In this document: piece after piece, positions 33,731 through 48,550 of the stretch
How positions within the stretch are numbered: position 1 is the stretch's first letter
Layout of the letters: the number at the start of each line of letters is the position of its first letter
Assembly (NCBI RefSeq): GCF_009914755.1
Contig: NC_060930.1
Length of the DNA stretch: 64,000 nucleotides
Reading direction: 5' to 3' (one strand)
Origin: the human T2T-CHM13v2.0 reference genome, Homo sapiens
Notes under the pieces: model-generated
The model's input: the letters and a program-made list of their open reading frames with translations, nothing else
Told to the model about the DNA's origin: nothing
The model's database searches: none
Made by a program: the position numbers and the translations under genes

Positions 33731-33875
33731 AGTAAGGCTCCCGTTTAGAGGCCAGTCCTGCCCTCCTGACTTTCGGTGGCTTGTGGAATTTGTTTGTTTT
33801 GACTGATACCTTTCTTACGAGGGACTTTCTTTGTCTCTGGGTTGCTTCTAATATTTAAAATCATCATGGGCACAG

Positions 33876-34014
33876 ATGAGTCCATCCATGCTCACTGGAA
33901 ACAGTCCACGGGGCTGCCGTCTCCCCTCCATCTCAAGCACGACCTGCGGCAGACAGCTGGAGAAGGTTCCAGAAAAAAGGGACTCTGGCATGACCGAGGT
34001 GGAGAGGACCTACA
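33876..34014 (+). CDS. SPATS1: SPATS1 first coding exon (spermatogenesis-associated serine-rich protein 1)
   Basis: cacag|ATG AGT CCA...; MSPSMLTGNSPRGCRLPSISSTTCGRQLEKVPEKRDSGMTEVERTY; donor ACA|GTTGAG; 139 nt. Not in the ORF track. Confidence 0.9.
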
Positions 34015-35168
34015 GTTGAGTTCTAAGAAATCCAGGCTGTGGAGTTGGTGGCCACATCCAAGTATACTACACCCGGGGGCGGGGGCAGGTGGGGGGCACC
34101 ATTTGAAGTTTAGAAGGAAGCTAGTTTGGGGGCATGTAAAAAGAGCTGCTTGAATAGTAGCTTATGTTTGTGCTAACCCAAGATTTGATTAGGCAGAGAG
34201 CACCACCAAAGCAGAGAGTCTCATAAATTACCTCACTGGATCTCACAGCAGTGGAGAAGTATATTACCTATGAGTAAAGGGAGCCAGAGATTTGACCTGC
34301 CCAGTGCTTGGGTTAATAAAAGGTGAGCCTGGGATTTGACATGAGCCTGGGATTTGACATGAGTCTGCCATACTTTCGAGCCTGTGTCCTTTCATCTTTC
34401 CTTTGCTCAGATATTAGTAGGTTTGTGTCATTGTTTATTGGATGGGACAGTTCAGGTGAGAATTATGAACACTCTAAAAATTAAATAATGGCTGGTAGCT
34501 CCATAATTGGTTAAGGCCGAGGAGGGTATTTGGGGGCACGTTTGCCTTTGGAGAACAGTGTCATGGCGCTGAACAGCCACAGTCTCCCAGAAAAGCTCAG
34601 AGTGCGCCTGCGCTCAAGTTCTCATTTACCTGTTATGGGTGAGTGGCCTGAGTGCTGCAAAAAGGGGTTGTGAAATATCCAGACTTTGCGGGATCAGATC
34701 TTAGCTTTCTCCCTGGTCTTCTGTATTCTGGGTGTGTGATCTCCTCATTCTCCTTCACAGTGGGGAGAAAGGAGGGAGGTACAACTCATTCCACCCAGCT
34801 ATTAATATAAGCTAGGACCGTAGAGAAGGAGGAGCTGGAGGAGTTAGAGCTATTAATTGTCCAAGTGTGTCTGCAACAGCAAGGAGAAAAGGGTTCTGGG
34901 ATTCTAACTTTAAGCTCCAGACCTTCCTGCAGTTTCCAGTTTGGGGTAAAGGAAGAAGCTGCTGTTTTAAGGATGTCCTAGGGAGGATCCATGTTTTCGA
35001 GTTAGGGGTAGCAGAAGGGTACCAGGTCCCAGACCACATTAATGAAAGACCCATGGTGTCCTTTCCTGCTGTGTAGGTGAGTCTATTCAGGAGAATACAT
35101 CTGAGTTTAGCTTAACATGGAGTCTATGGATTTCAGCAAGGAAGGGGCTCCACAAACCAATTGAAGAT

Positions 35169-35170
<2 letters not shown>

Positions 35171-35202
<32 letters not shown>
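35171..35202. repeat. (GT)16 microsatellite, SPATS1 intron
   Basis: Direct reading. Confidence 0.95.
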
Positions 35203-35204
<2 letters not shown>

Positions 35205-36786
35205 ATTTTTCCATCAGAGAACCGATTGCTTTCATTACTGCTCATGGGGGAGAGGATAGAATCAAAAAACGGGTTAAAAACTTCTGTCCTTGATCCTTAG
35301 GCCCCTTGTGAAGCAGATAAGCAGGGGTGGGAAATAGTGTTTGGTTAAATGAGTATCCATGTTAAACAAACATGGCTTGATGTATTATTTTTCTCCCTGC
35401 CAGACAGAGCTATTATGACAATCAGCTGAGATGACAAACATATGAAAGTGCTTTGGTTATGTAAGGTGTTATTCCTGCCTAAAAAAAATGGAAATAATTA
35501 TCCTGAATTCCACAGATGGCAATAAAGAAACAGACTTTCTTCCAAATTCTCTTTTTTCCCTTGAATTCCTTTCTGGTTACCAGAACCTTCTCTTGGCCTT
35601 TAATTACATCATTTCTTCTTAATTTTGCAGTGTTTTAGAAACTTGTTAGAATTTTCTGACTTCTGGCTTACTTGACATTTATTGCGCTTGAATAACAATT
35701 TTCATGATAAATGGTGAAACTTTCAAGCAGGGTGTATCTCCTTAGTGTGTTTGTCTCCCCACAGCCTTCTGAGCTAGATGGGGGAGAGGGCAGCCACTGG
35801 GAGCTGGGCGTGGAGAAGTAATTGACTTGCTCAGAGTAGCTGGATGGTACTCTATGCAGTGGGAGCATCAGTATTAGTATTAGCGTCAGTATTAGTAAGT
35901 GTTCAGGCTTGCAATTCCAGCTTCTCTTCCAGCTAATCTTCTTTTACCAGGGGAGGGGCGGGGAGGCATCTTGAGAACATGTTTAAGTGTCTCCAGCTCA
36001 AGTTTGAGGTTGAGTTACTCTCAGGAAGATGCCGTAGTCAGCTTGATCTAGAGAGTGTGCTGTTTGCCAGTTTAGCAAGAGATTGCTCTTCCCATCCTTG
36101 TCCATCAGACAAGCTTTCCCCATTATAGTGGCCACAGGCCACTTTCTAGAGTGCTGCTGCCACAAAACTTTTCAAGCAAGCAAGGAAGTGTGCTAAAGTT
36201 TTAGGTGTGTTTCACTGCTCGCTGCTTAGGGAAATGCAGTACATTTACATTTTGTTCCTAACACAAACAAAAAGCTTGGGAAAGGACCCTCTCTGATACC
36301 ATCCATAGAGCCAACCAATTCTTGCTTGGGTGAACTCTCAAGTCCTATAGTGGCAATATACAACTAAAATGTTTACATGCTATGAAAGGCAGCCACTGTT
36401 AAAACCTATGGCCAAAAATTACCATAAGTAAATCTTACTGTAAATACCTCAGAACTCACATGCAAGTATTGACATAGAGGACATCTTTGGCCTTGATTTC
36501 ATTTCATTCACATATGTGAATCCATTCTACATCTCCAAACATGCATTTCATGGCTTTTTCATAGATACATTTCTAGATGTAGAACTATTGAGTCAAATGA
36601 CATGCACTTCTCATAGGCTTCGGAAGTCACATATGGCCAAATTGCTCTTCAGTAAGATGGGGACATTCCCACCAGCAATGATAGGAATGCCATTCCTCCA
36701 AGCTGTGCCAAACACCTGGGTGTTTGCAAACGGATAACAAATAATGGCATCTCATTTTAAATTCGGTTCTTCAATTATTTGGATGG

Positions 36787-37467
36787 GGCCACGTACAGTG
36801 TCTCATGCCTGTAATCCCAGCACTTTTGAGGTGGGTGGATCACTTGAGCTCAGGAGTTTGAGAGCAGCCTGGGCAACATGGTGAGACCCCATCTCTACAA
36901 AAAATACAACAACAACAAAAAAATAGCTGGACATGCTGGTGTGTGCCCATGGTCCCAGCTACTTGGGAGGCTGGGGTGGGAGCATCACTTGAGTCCTAGG
37001 GGCAGAGGTTGCAGTGAACCGAGATCACTACAGCCTGGGTGACAGAACAAGACCCTGTCTCAAAAAAAAAAAAAACAAACCCTCAAAATAACCACCCACT
37101 CCCCCAAACCCAATTATTAGGATGGATGAAATTTCCCCCAAATACATATTGGCTATATGTATGTGTTATTTTATTTTATCTTATTCTGAGATGGGGTCTC
37201 ACTCTGTCACCCAGGTTGGAGTGCAGTGGTATGATCAGGGCTCACTGCAGACTCGACCTCTCCAGCTCAAGCAGTCCTCATGTCAGCCTCTCAAGTAGCT
37301 GGGACCACAGGTGTGCAACACCACGCCCAGCTAACTTTTTAGTTTTTTGTAGAGACCAGGTCTCCATATGTTGCCTAGGCTGGTCTTGAACTCCTAGCTT
37401 CAAGCAGTCTACCTGCCGCAGCCTCCCGAAGTGCTGAGATTGCAGGCATAAGCCACCTTGTCCAGCC
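36787..37467. mobile_element. Tail-to-tail AluJ pair (36787-37075 +, 37166-37467 -)
   Basis: Two diverged Alu dimers in opposite orientation about 90 bp apart. Confidence 0.88.
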
Positions 37468-37559
37468 TGTTTTTAAAAATAAGTTACCTGATCACATCTT
37501 TTGCCCTTTTTTTTTCTTTTTGGATATTTATTTTCATCTTATAAATTTATAAAAGCTCA

Positions 37560-38158
37560 AGGAGTGTAAATTAGTTCAACCATTGTGGAAGACAGTGTGG
37601 CAATTCCTCAAGGATCTAGAACTAGAAATACCATTTGACCCAGCAATCCCATTACTGGGTATGTACCCAAAGGATTATAAATCATTCTACTGTAAAGACA
37701 CATGTACACGTATGTTTATTGCGGCACTGTTCACATAGCAAAGACTTGGAACCAACCCAAATGTCCATCAATGATAGACTGGATAGAGAAAACGTGGCAC
37801 ATATACACCATGGAATACTATGCAGCCATAAAAAAGGATGAGTTCATGTCCTTTGCAGGGACATAGATGAAGCTGGAAACCCTCATTCTCACCAAACTAA
37901 CGCAAAAATGGAAAACCAAACACTGCATGTTCTTACTTATAAGTGGGAGTTGAACAATGAGAACACATGGACACAGGGAGGGGAATATCACACACTGGGG
38001 CCTGTCGTGGGGTTGGGGGAGGGGAGAAGGATAGCATTAGGAGAAATACCTAATGTAGACGACGGGTTGATGGGTGCAGCAAACTACCGTGGCATGTGTA
38101 TAACTATGTAACAAACCTGTACGTTTTACACATGTACCTCAGAACTTAAAGTATAAAA
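37560..38158 (+). mobile_element. 5'-truncated primate L1PA (ORF2 end, 3' UTR, short A-tail)
   Basis: ttagttcaaccattgtggaagacagtgtggcaattcctcaaggatctaga...ctcagaacttaaagtataaaaa. TSD AAAAGCTCA at 37551-37559 and 38159-38167. Confidence 0.92.
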
Positions 38159-38789
38159 AAAAGCTCATAATTTGTCATGACTACTCACTCTTTTTTCTTT
38201 CTATCATGTTGTTATAGATTTTCCCCCAGTTTATAGTTTGCTATGAAAGTTTTAAGTTTATATTTAAAGAGGCATATTCAAATCTATGCCTCTTTTCCTT
38301 TATTTTGCCTGTATTTGGTATCTTCTTGGCAATAACTTCTTCACTCTAAGATTATATAAACTTTCACTTACTTTTTTCGGGTACATCTTTAATTTCAATT
38401 TTTACATTCAAATCTGTGAGTCATCTGGATTTTCCAGTTTGGGATAAGAAAGGATTAATTTTATTTTTATTCCAAATGGTTAATTAGTTGTTCCAGCAAT
38501 ATTTTTTGAATAACCCATCCTTTCTTCACCAAGATAAAATGCCACTTGTTTTCATATACAATTTTATTCTATTTATGTTTACTATTTTGTTCTATTGATT
38601 TGTCTGTTAGGGTTTTTGTCAGTACTGTCTTGATTATTTGAACATTAGACTACATTTTATAAATTATACTCCATGGCTATGTAACCCTGAACAAGTTATT
38701 TGACATTTCTGGAGCTTAATTTCTTTATCTGTAAATTTATCTCTATTTTATTTATAATTATGGCCTTGTTTCATTTCTATTATTATTAT

Positions 38790-39075
38790 TATTTTTGTTT
38801 TTTTTTTGGGATGGAGTCTCACTCTGTTGCTCAGGCTGTAGTGCAGTGTGGCCTGATCTCAGGTCACTGTAACCCCCGCCTCCTGGGATCAAGCGATTCT
38901 CCTGCCTCAGCCTCCTGAGTAACGGGGATTACAGGCGTGCACCACCATGCCCGGCTGATTTTTGTATTTTTGGTAGAGACGGAGTTTCACCATGTTGGGC
39001 CAGGCAGTCTTGAACTCCTGACCTCAGGTGATCCACCTGCCTTGGCCTCCCAAAGTGCTGGGATTACAGTCCAGG
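38790..39075 (-). mobile_element. AluS
   Basis: Antisense Alu dimer. Confidence 0.9.
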
Positions 39076-39489
39076 CTCTAATATTATTTATTTGTGTTTA
39101 AAATTTTTTCTTGAACCTTGTTTATCTGCATTATCAGCTTTTGCATGAAGCCATAGTTCCGATAATCTTTATTTCATTCATTTCTGCTTTTATGATTTTA
39201 TTCCTTAAAATCTTTTCGGGGGGAGAGGGGTTACTCTTTTTTTTTTCTTATTTCTTAAATTGACAACTTGGCTCATTCATTTTGGAATTTTTGATTTTGA
39301 ACACTATAATCCATCAATTCTTGGATAGACAGTTTGCATCTTTGAAGTAGGGACTGGATGTTACCAGGTCTGTGGGCCCAGCAGCAGGTAGGATGTAGTT
39401 GTAATAATTTTTGCTGTACGAGCACTGAAGCATGTAGAACGTGTGTTCATAGCTTGGAAAAAACTCCAGAGACAGTAGAGAAGCACTTT

Positions 39490-40128
<639 letters not shown>

Positions 40129-41548
40129 TTATTGAAATATTAGGTCAGTATTAGGTGGAAAGTGTGGACAATAGTGATTGAGTTGAAAGTGGTTTAGTAG
40201 TCAGATTTCTGAATGTGCATAAGATTTAGGAATGCCTTAACCAGTCTATTGTGCTTATATTTTCCTTCTTTATATATGTGCATGAGTGATATGTGATTAA
40301 AATCTATAAATAAATTAAAAGAATGCATCAATAAGTATAAAATAAAAATTCTAAGTGATAAAAGCATGTATCATACTTTAATTGGCAGCCTTTGTTCTTT
40401 GTGATACATAAAATAACGATGCTATTACAATTGATGGTGCCTTATATTCAGTGAAATACAGCATATGCATTTAAGGCCCCAGATTTCTAATTACTGCTTT
40501 AGTTGAATCCCACAAGTTTTGATATATAGTACTCAATGTTCATTGATCATTAAGCACCTCATGATTTCCATTACAATTTCTTCTTGTATGTGAATTATTT
40601 AGAAGTGTGGTTTGAGTTTCCAAGCTTATGGATACTTTTTGGCTGTCTTTTTATTATTGATTTCTAATTGTATTGCATTGTGGTCAGAGAGTGTGGTCTA
40701 TGTATTGTTGATACTTGTTTTGTGGCTTAGTATATGGGTGGTTCTTCCTTTGGTTACTGGGGACCCGTCTCCTCATCCTCACCTGCTGCTTGCCTGCCAC
40801 CTCCCCTGGGCTTGACTCCATCCCAGTTACACCTCAAGCAACCAGTTGGACCTCACTGTGCTGGGGGCTGCTCTAGGCTCTAGGGCATATTCCAGAGCAG
40901 CACTTCCCACACTTGGCTGACCCTAAGAATCACCTGAGGTGCTTCTTAAATATCCTGGCTCCCAGACTGTAGGTCTGAGTCAGAGCCCTGGGGCCTGCAT
41001 ATTGAACAAGTACCCCAAGGGGATTCTCGTGACTGGGCAAATTCAGGAAGTTCTGTGCAGTTGGGAATCTGGAAGTGGAACTGGATAAAATACAGTGCAG
41101 TGATGGAACTAGACTTCAGGAAGGAGATTACTGCCAAACGTGAGCCTAAATGAAGAGCAGGGGTGAGGGTGGGGGCTTATTTAAAATGCAGGTTCCCAGG
41201 CCTCACTTGGAGAGATTCTAATTCAATAGGTCTGCGATGGAATTTGAGAATCTGTATTTTTAACAGGCTTCCTGGGTAATTCTGATGCAGATAGGCCTTG
41301 CGCCATGTCCTGAGAAGCCCCAGAGTGGGAGGATTTTGAAGGGAGGGAGTAGCTCAGCTGAACTTTAAGCTTTGTAGAGTAACAGGCAAAGTCCTCTTAG
41401 GAGTGAAAGGTTTGGTGATAGATCGGGACTTGATAAGAATGGAAAAGGTATTATTCACTTGTGATATGAATTTGAGAGGAAATGAATAAAAAATTCTCTG
41501 AGTAGCAGTCCTGCTGATAGATGGTGGGAATTTGCATAGTTTACACTA

Positions 41549-42195
41549 TACAGTCATATCAACGGGTTCTGCATTGGCAGATTCGACCAACTGCCCATAG
41601 TAAATATTCAAAAAGGAAACAACAAGTCTGGGTGTCGTGGCTTACACCTGTAATCCCAACACTTTAGGAGGCTGAGGCAGGTGGATTGCTTGAGGCCAGG
41701 AGTTTGAGACCAGCCTGGCCAACATGGTGAAACCTTGTCTCTACTAAAAATACAAAAATTAGCCAGGCATGGTGGCGAGTGCCTGTAATACCAGCTACTC
41801 ATGAGGCTGAGGCAGGAGAATCACCTGAACCCAGAGGCGGAGGTGGCAGTGAGCTGAGATCACACCACTGAACTCCAGCCTGGGTGACAGAGTGAGACTC
41901 TGTGTCAAAAAAAAAAAAAAAAAAAAAGAAAAAAGAAAAGAAAACAACAATATAACAACAAAAATAATACAAATAAGTATATAACAACTATTTACATAGC
42001 ATTTGCATTGTATTAGGTATTACAAGTAATCTAGAGATGATTTACAGTACAGCATACAGGAGGATGTGCATATGTTATATTCGAATACTACACTGTTTCA
42101 TATAAGCGATTTGAGCATCTTTGGATTTTTGTAATTTTTGTATTGCGGGGGTCCTGGAACCAATCCCCCGTCGATACCAAAAGATGACTCTATAT
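41549..42195. mobile_element. MER2 relic interrupted by a sense AluS (about 41627-41940)
   Basis: aacaactatttacatagcatttgcattgtattaggtatta...gggggtcctggaaccaatcccccgtcgatacc. Confidence 0.8.
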
Positions 42196-42890
42196 GTGTG
42201 AAGCATGATACTGTGTAGGTGGAATAGTAGTCAGTCTAAAAATGTACTCAAGAATCAGAGTTTGACTCTTATTTCTTACAATTTTCTCATAACCAGAGGT
42301 TACATTGCCATCTATTGAGCTTTAGTGCTCTACGAAATTATGCATAAAGAAATATGCATAATCTTTTCATCGGACTTTTTATTTTTGTGGCTGGATGAGG
42401 TACATAACTGTATGAGATGATAACAGAACAAATTGGCTTTCATGAAGTATTAATAGTATAGCAGAGTGAAGATAATGGATATTCTTCTATGTCTGACACT
42501 CACTGGTTTTCAGGACTCCCTTACTTGTAACTGTGGGTGGTTGGGGAGTTATAATTCTTTTTCATTTATTCACTCAAACATTTATTGAGCACCTGCTTTG
42601 TGCCAGGCACTGTTATGGATTCTACTAAGATGAATAAGAACTGTGAGGGGAACCCACAGAAGTTTCTGAGGGCATTCTTTGGGTTGTGATCAGCATTATA
42701 TTCATCAGTCTTTTTATAAACAAATCCTTTGGAAAATTATATTGAGATGCTTAATACAATGTACAGTGCTATATAGCTCACTTCAGATCCTAGGTCTTCC
42801 ACTTAGTTCAGAGTAGGTGAACTATATGTAGGGGCAAGCAGTCTAGTACAGGGCTTAGAATCTCAGGCTTTAGTGTCACAAGAGCTGTAA

Positions 42891-43253
<363 letters not shown>

Positions 43254-43508
43254 TAGGCAAGTTTCTTAGCCTTCTCAGCCTCAGTTTTCTCAACCATAAA
43301 ATGGGGATAATAAGGAATACCTAAGCCTGTGGGTTGTTATAGGGATAAATGGAATAATATGTGTAAAGGTGTTGACATAATCCTCAGTGCACAGTAAATG
43401 TTCAATAAATGTTAGCTGTTTTAAAAATTTATTTATAATCTAGGAAACAAAATAGGGTGGAATGTATTTTCAATAATGTAATTAAATGGTGATATCTCTG
43501 TGTTACAG

Positions 43509-43656
43509 GTGCTAATTGCAGTGATTTTCTGGAATCTAAGGGATGTTTTGCCAACACAACACCCTCTGGCAAAAGTGTCAGTTCCTCATCTTCAGTGGAA
43601 ACAGGCCCAAGTGTCAGTGAGCCTCCTGGCCTCCCCAGAGTGTCTGCTTACGTAGA
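43509..43656 (+). CDS. SPATS1: SPATS1 coding exon 2 (Ser-rich segment)
   Basis: Acceptor ttacag|GT and donor AGA|GTAAGT; 148 nt. (S)ANCSDFLESKGCFANTTPSGKSVSSSSSVETGPSVSEPPGLPRVSAYV(D). Confidence 0.93.
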
Positions 43657-44539
43657 GTAAGTAAGGGTCTGGTGCAGAGCTGTCACGGTTGGGGAGATTC
43701 TGACCAAGAAGCCAATAGTCTGAGAGGTAGCATGGTATGCTTGGCAAGAGCATGGATTCTGGAGCTAGACTGTGTGGGTTCAAATCCCGGTTCTGCCACT
43801 TAGTATCTGTGTGAATCTGAGCAAATTACTTCACCTCCCTGGGCTTCAGTGTTCTTATCTGTAAAATGCTGATGATAGCTTATAGGATTGTTGTGAGGAT
43901 TAATTGAGTTAATAGCTGGAAAGAGCTTAGAAGACTTCCTGGCACACAGCAAGTTCTGTGTAAGTGCTTGCTATTACGAAGTTCAAAAATAAGTGAAACT
44001 ATATATTTTTGGGATATGTACATACATACATGGGTGGTAAAACTTAAAGAAAAGCAAATAAATGATTATCGTAAGAGTCACAATTAGGGTAGTGGTTACT
44101 TTTCCCGGAAAGGGACCCACACAGATGGTTTCTGGGGAGTGGGGAAGGGAAGGACTGGCAATGTTTTGTTTCTTTTGTTTGGATAGAGACAGGGGTCTCT
44201 CTCTGTCACCCAGGCTGGAGTAGAGTGGTGTTATCTTGGCTCACTTTAACCTCAAACTCCTGGGCTCAAGCAATCTTCCCTTCTTGGCCTCTTAAAGTGC
44301 TGGGATTACAGGTGTGAGTCACTGGGCCGGGCTAACGTTTTGTTTCTTGACCAGGATGTTGGCTTTGTAATTAGTTGTAAAATTGACTTTGTGTTTTATG
44401 TACTTTCCCTGTTTATATTTCTTTTACAATAAAAAGTTTTGAAAATGCTTTTCTAATAATTTTTGTTACAATGGAAGTAATTTAAGTTTATTGTAGAAAA
44501 TTTGAACAGATGAAGACAGTATTGAAAATAAAAGTCACA

Positions 44540-45142
44540 GCCGGGCAAGGTGGCTCACGCCTGTAATCCCAGCACTTTGGGAGGCCGAGGCTGGTGGATC
44601 ACGAGGTCAGGAGATCAAGACCATCCTGGCTAACATGGTGAAACCCCAACTCTACTAAAAATACAAAAAATTAGCCAGGTGTGGTGGTGGGTGCCAGTAG
44701 TCCCAGCTATTCGGGAGGCTGAGGCAGGAGAATGGCGTGAACCTAGGAAGGCGGAGCTTGCAGTGAGCCGAGATCGCGCCACTGCACTCCAGCCTGGGCG
44801 ACAGAGCGAGACTTCGCCTCAAAAAAAAAAAAAAAAAACAAAAAAAAGTCACATGGCTGGGCATGGTGGCTCACACCTATAATCCCAGCACTTTGGGAGG
44901 TTGAGGCCAGGAGTTCGAGGCCAGCCAGGGCAACACAGTGAGACTCCACTCTACAAAAAAATACAAAAATTAGCTGGGCCTCGGGGTGTGCACCTGTAAT
45001 CCTGGCTATTCAGGAGGCTGAGTTGGGAAGATCAGTTGAGCCCAGGAGTTCCAGGCTGCAGTGAGCTATGATCGAGCCGTTGCACTCCAGCCTAGGCGAC
45101 AGAGTGAGAACTTGTGTCAAAATAAATAAATAAATAAATAAA
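44540..45142 (+). mobile_element. AluY (44540-44846) followed directly by an internally deleted AluJ
   Basis: AluY diagnostics (gagaatggcgtgaacc, gcggagcttgcag). TSD AAAAGTCACA at 44530-44539 and 44844-44853. Confidence 0.9.
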
Positions 45143-45309
45143 TATCACTATAATTTCACATCTTAGAGAATATGTTAACATTTTGATATTAGTTTTTTAT
45201 ATGTGCAAGTAAACATATTTTTTGCACATAAAATATATATTTATTTTACAATTAAGATCATATTATATTACTCTTTTGTAAAACCTACTTTTTAAAAAGA
45301 TTTATTAAG

Positions 45310-46185
45310 GGTTTTACTATTTTTAGAGCAGTTTTGGGTACACAGAAAAATTAACAGTAAGGTACAAAGTTCCTATGTACTCCCTGCCCCAACACATGTA
45401 CAGCCTCCCCCACTATCACATCCTGCACCAGAGTGGGACATTTATTACCATGGATGAACCTACATGGATACATCATAATCACCCAAAGCCCCTAGTTTAC
45501 AATAGGGCTCACTCTTGGTGTTGCACAGTCTATGGGTTTGGACAAATGTATAATGGCATGTATCCATCATTGTAGTAGCTTCTCTATTTTTATTTATTTA
45601 TTTATTTTTGAGACAGGGTCTTGTTCTGTCACCCAGGCAGTGGCATGATCATGACTCACTGCAGCCCTGACCTCCCAGGCTGAAGCAATCCTCCTGCCTC
45701 AGCCTCCTGAGTAGCTGGGACCACAGATGTGTGCAACCATGCCCAACTAATTTGTAAATGTATTTTTTTTGTAGAGACAGGATCTTACTATGCTACCCAG
45801 GCCAGTTTCAAACTCCTGGACTCAAGTGATCCACCTGCTGCAGCCTCACAAAGTGCTGGGCATGAGCCACTGCTCCCAGCACATTATGGTTTCACTGTCC
45901 TAAAAAATCCTGTGTGTTCCATCTATTCATCCCTTCCCACCCCTCCCACCCCCTGGCAACCGCAGATATTTTTACTGTCTCCATAGTTTTTTCCTTTCCA
46001 GAATGACATATAGTTGGAATCGTATAGTATATACCCTTTTCAGATTGGCTTCCCTCAATAATATGCATTTAAGTTGCCTTCATGTCATTTCACCACTTAA
46101 TAGCTCATTTTTTCATTGCTGAAGAATATTCCATTGTCTGGATGTACCATAGTTTATTTATTCATTCACTTACTGAAGGACATCT
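45310..46185 (-). mobile_element. Old L1M 3' fragment with an embedded AluJ (about 45590-45880)
   Basis: tttttagagcagttttgg...cagagtgggacatttatt...cacttactgaaggacatctt. Confidence 0.8.
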
Positions 46186-47134
46186 TATAAAGGCAGCTTT
46201 TCCACTGAGCAATATGTGGAGAGAATTTTCTCATACCTTTGAGTGTTTTTCAAGAACATGGTTTTCAATGACTGCAGTGCTTGAGTGTCAGATGAATAGA
46301 CCACAATCTAACCAGTGACCTATAGTTTTAAAGAGTTGCTATTGTAAATAGTGCTGTAATGCGTGTCTCTGTACATTCAGCTTTTGCCCATCTCTGGTTA
46401 TATCATAAAAGTAAATTCCTAGAAATGGATTTATTCAGTTAAAGTTAAGGGAAGTTGCTCAAGTGATTCTTTATATCACAAAATCTGCTCCAAGTGGACT
46501 TGCTGCCCCCAGCACTAGACATGGAAGAGGCTGGCATAATTCTTAAGCTCTGCCTCTTTAGGTCCTCTGCAACAGGTGTATATCACTAGCAGCAGTAGTG
46601 GGACCATGTATTGGGAGGGAAAGAAAGCCCGGAATGTGAGGTTCACATCCTGTAGGATGGGGAACTGGGTGATTGCTGCCACTTCTACATTCCTAATTCC
46701 CACCTAAATAAGTCCCCTTTATCTTTCATGATGCCTGGGTTACGGAGGACCTAACTCAGTCAAAGCATGTGTAGCCGAATCTAAAGCTCCACTCTAGACA
46801 TAGCCTCAGGCTTTAGATTGATATATTGAACTGCTTTCCAGATATCTCCACCTGAAGTCCCACAGGCCCCCAAACTCAACATGCCTTGACTGAACTTCTC
46901 ATCACCCATCCTTACAAACCAAATCCTTCTGTGTTCCTTGTCTCAGTTGATAATCTCAGTATTCATACAGCTCCAAAGGTATAGATTGACAGATCATACT
47001 TGTCTCCTGCCGCTCATCCAATGGGGGATCAAGCCCTGAAACACCGTATAAGTCCATCTCTTCTACTCCATCTATATTACCATGGTCCCACTCAAGGCCC
47101 TGATCATCTCTTACCTGGACCACTGTAATACCTT

Positions 47135-47705
47135 CTAGATTAGTTATTTATTGGTACACAACTAATCACCCTAACTTAGTTACTTAAAACAACAAACATT
47201 TATTATCTCACATTTTCTACAGGTCAGGAATCTGAGTATAACCTAGATCGGTGCCTCTGGCTCAAGGTCTCTCTCACAAGATTGCAATCGAGGTGTTGGC
47301 CACAGCTGTGGGCTCATCTGAAGGCTCAACTGTGGGAGGATCCACTTCCAAGCTCACTCATATGGTTGATAGCAGGATTCACTTCCTCACAGGCTGCTGG
47401 GGCTGAGAGTTCAGTTCCCCACTGGCTGTTGCCCACAGGCTTCCCTCAGTTCCTTGTCTCTACAGAGGGCATCCCACAACATAGCAGCTGTCTCTCCTTA
47501 CAAGCAAGCAGGAGTGCACATAAGACAAAGCCACAGTCTCTTTGTAACCTAATGTGGGAAGTGACATCCCATAACATTTGCTGTTTTCTCTTTGTTGAAA
47601 GTGAGTCAGTAGGTCTAGCCTATACTCAAAGGGAGAAGATTACAGGAGGGAATAAATACCAAGAGTCAGGGATCACTGGCAGCCATGTCAGAGGCTGCCT
47701 GCTAC
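47135..47705 (-). mobile_element. MLT1F-like MaLR LTR
   Basis: cttaaaacaacaaacatttattatctcacattttctacaggtcaggaatctgag...ggatccacttccaagctcactca. Confidence 0.8.
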
Positions 47706-48141
47706 ACTCTCCTAAGTGGACTCCCTGACTTAAATTTTATATTCTCAAAGCCCATTCCTTTCACAGCTTCCAGAGTTTTCTAACCACATGTGACCATGTC
47801 ATGTCGTTGCTTACCATTATTTAATGATATTCCATTAAAGCTTGATAAAAAAGAGTCCCCCTTCATATGAACTGCAAGTTCTCCAGATCTGTCTCCTTCT
47901 CTTCTCCACCTTTATCTCAAAAACTCCTGCCACAACCACATCAAATTTCTTCATTTCCCTGATGTTTCTTCCTTCTATGCCTTTGCTCACATTGCCTCCT
48001 TTGCTTGAAGTGGCTTCCTCCAATGCCTTGCTGTGTTCACATATTGTAGAAGCTGCTTGGCTTCCACTGACTTTCCAGTGGCGTCGTCTATGCTATTCTC
48101 CTTTTTCTGGGGAATTGATTTTCACTCCTTCCTTACCCAGT

Positions 48142-48550
<409 letters not shown>

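Noticed and set aside
33185-33748. Overlapping 187-aa (+), 158-aa (-) and 118-aa (+) ORFs at the SPATS1 promoter
   Set aside because: Stop-codon depletion is expected in a GC-rich CpG island; the translations are low-complexity Pro/Arg/Gly/Ala with no recognisable domain.
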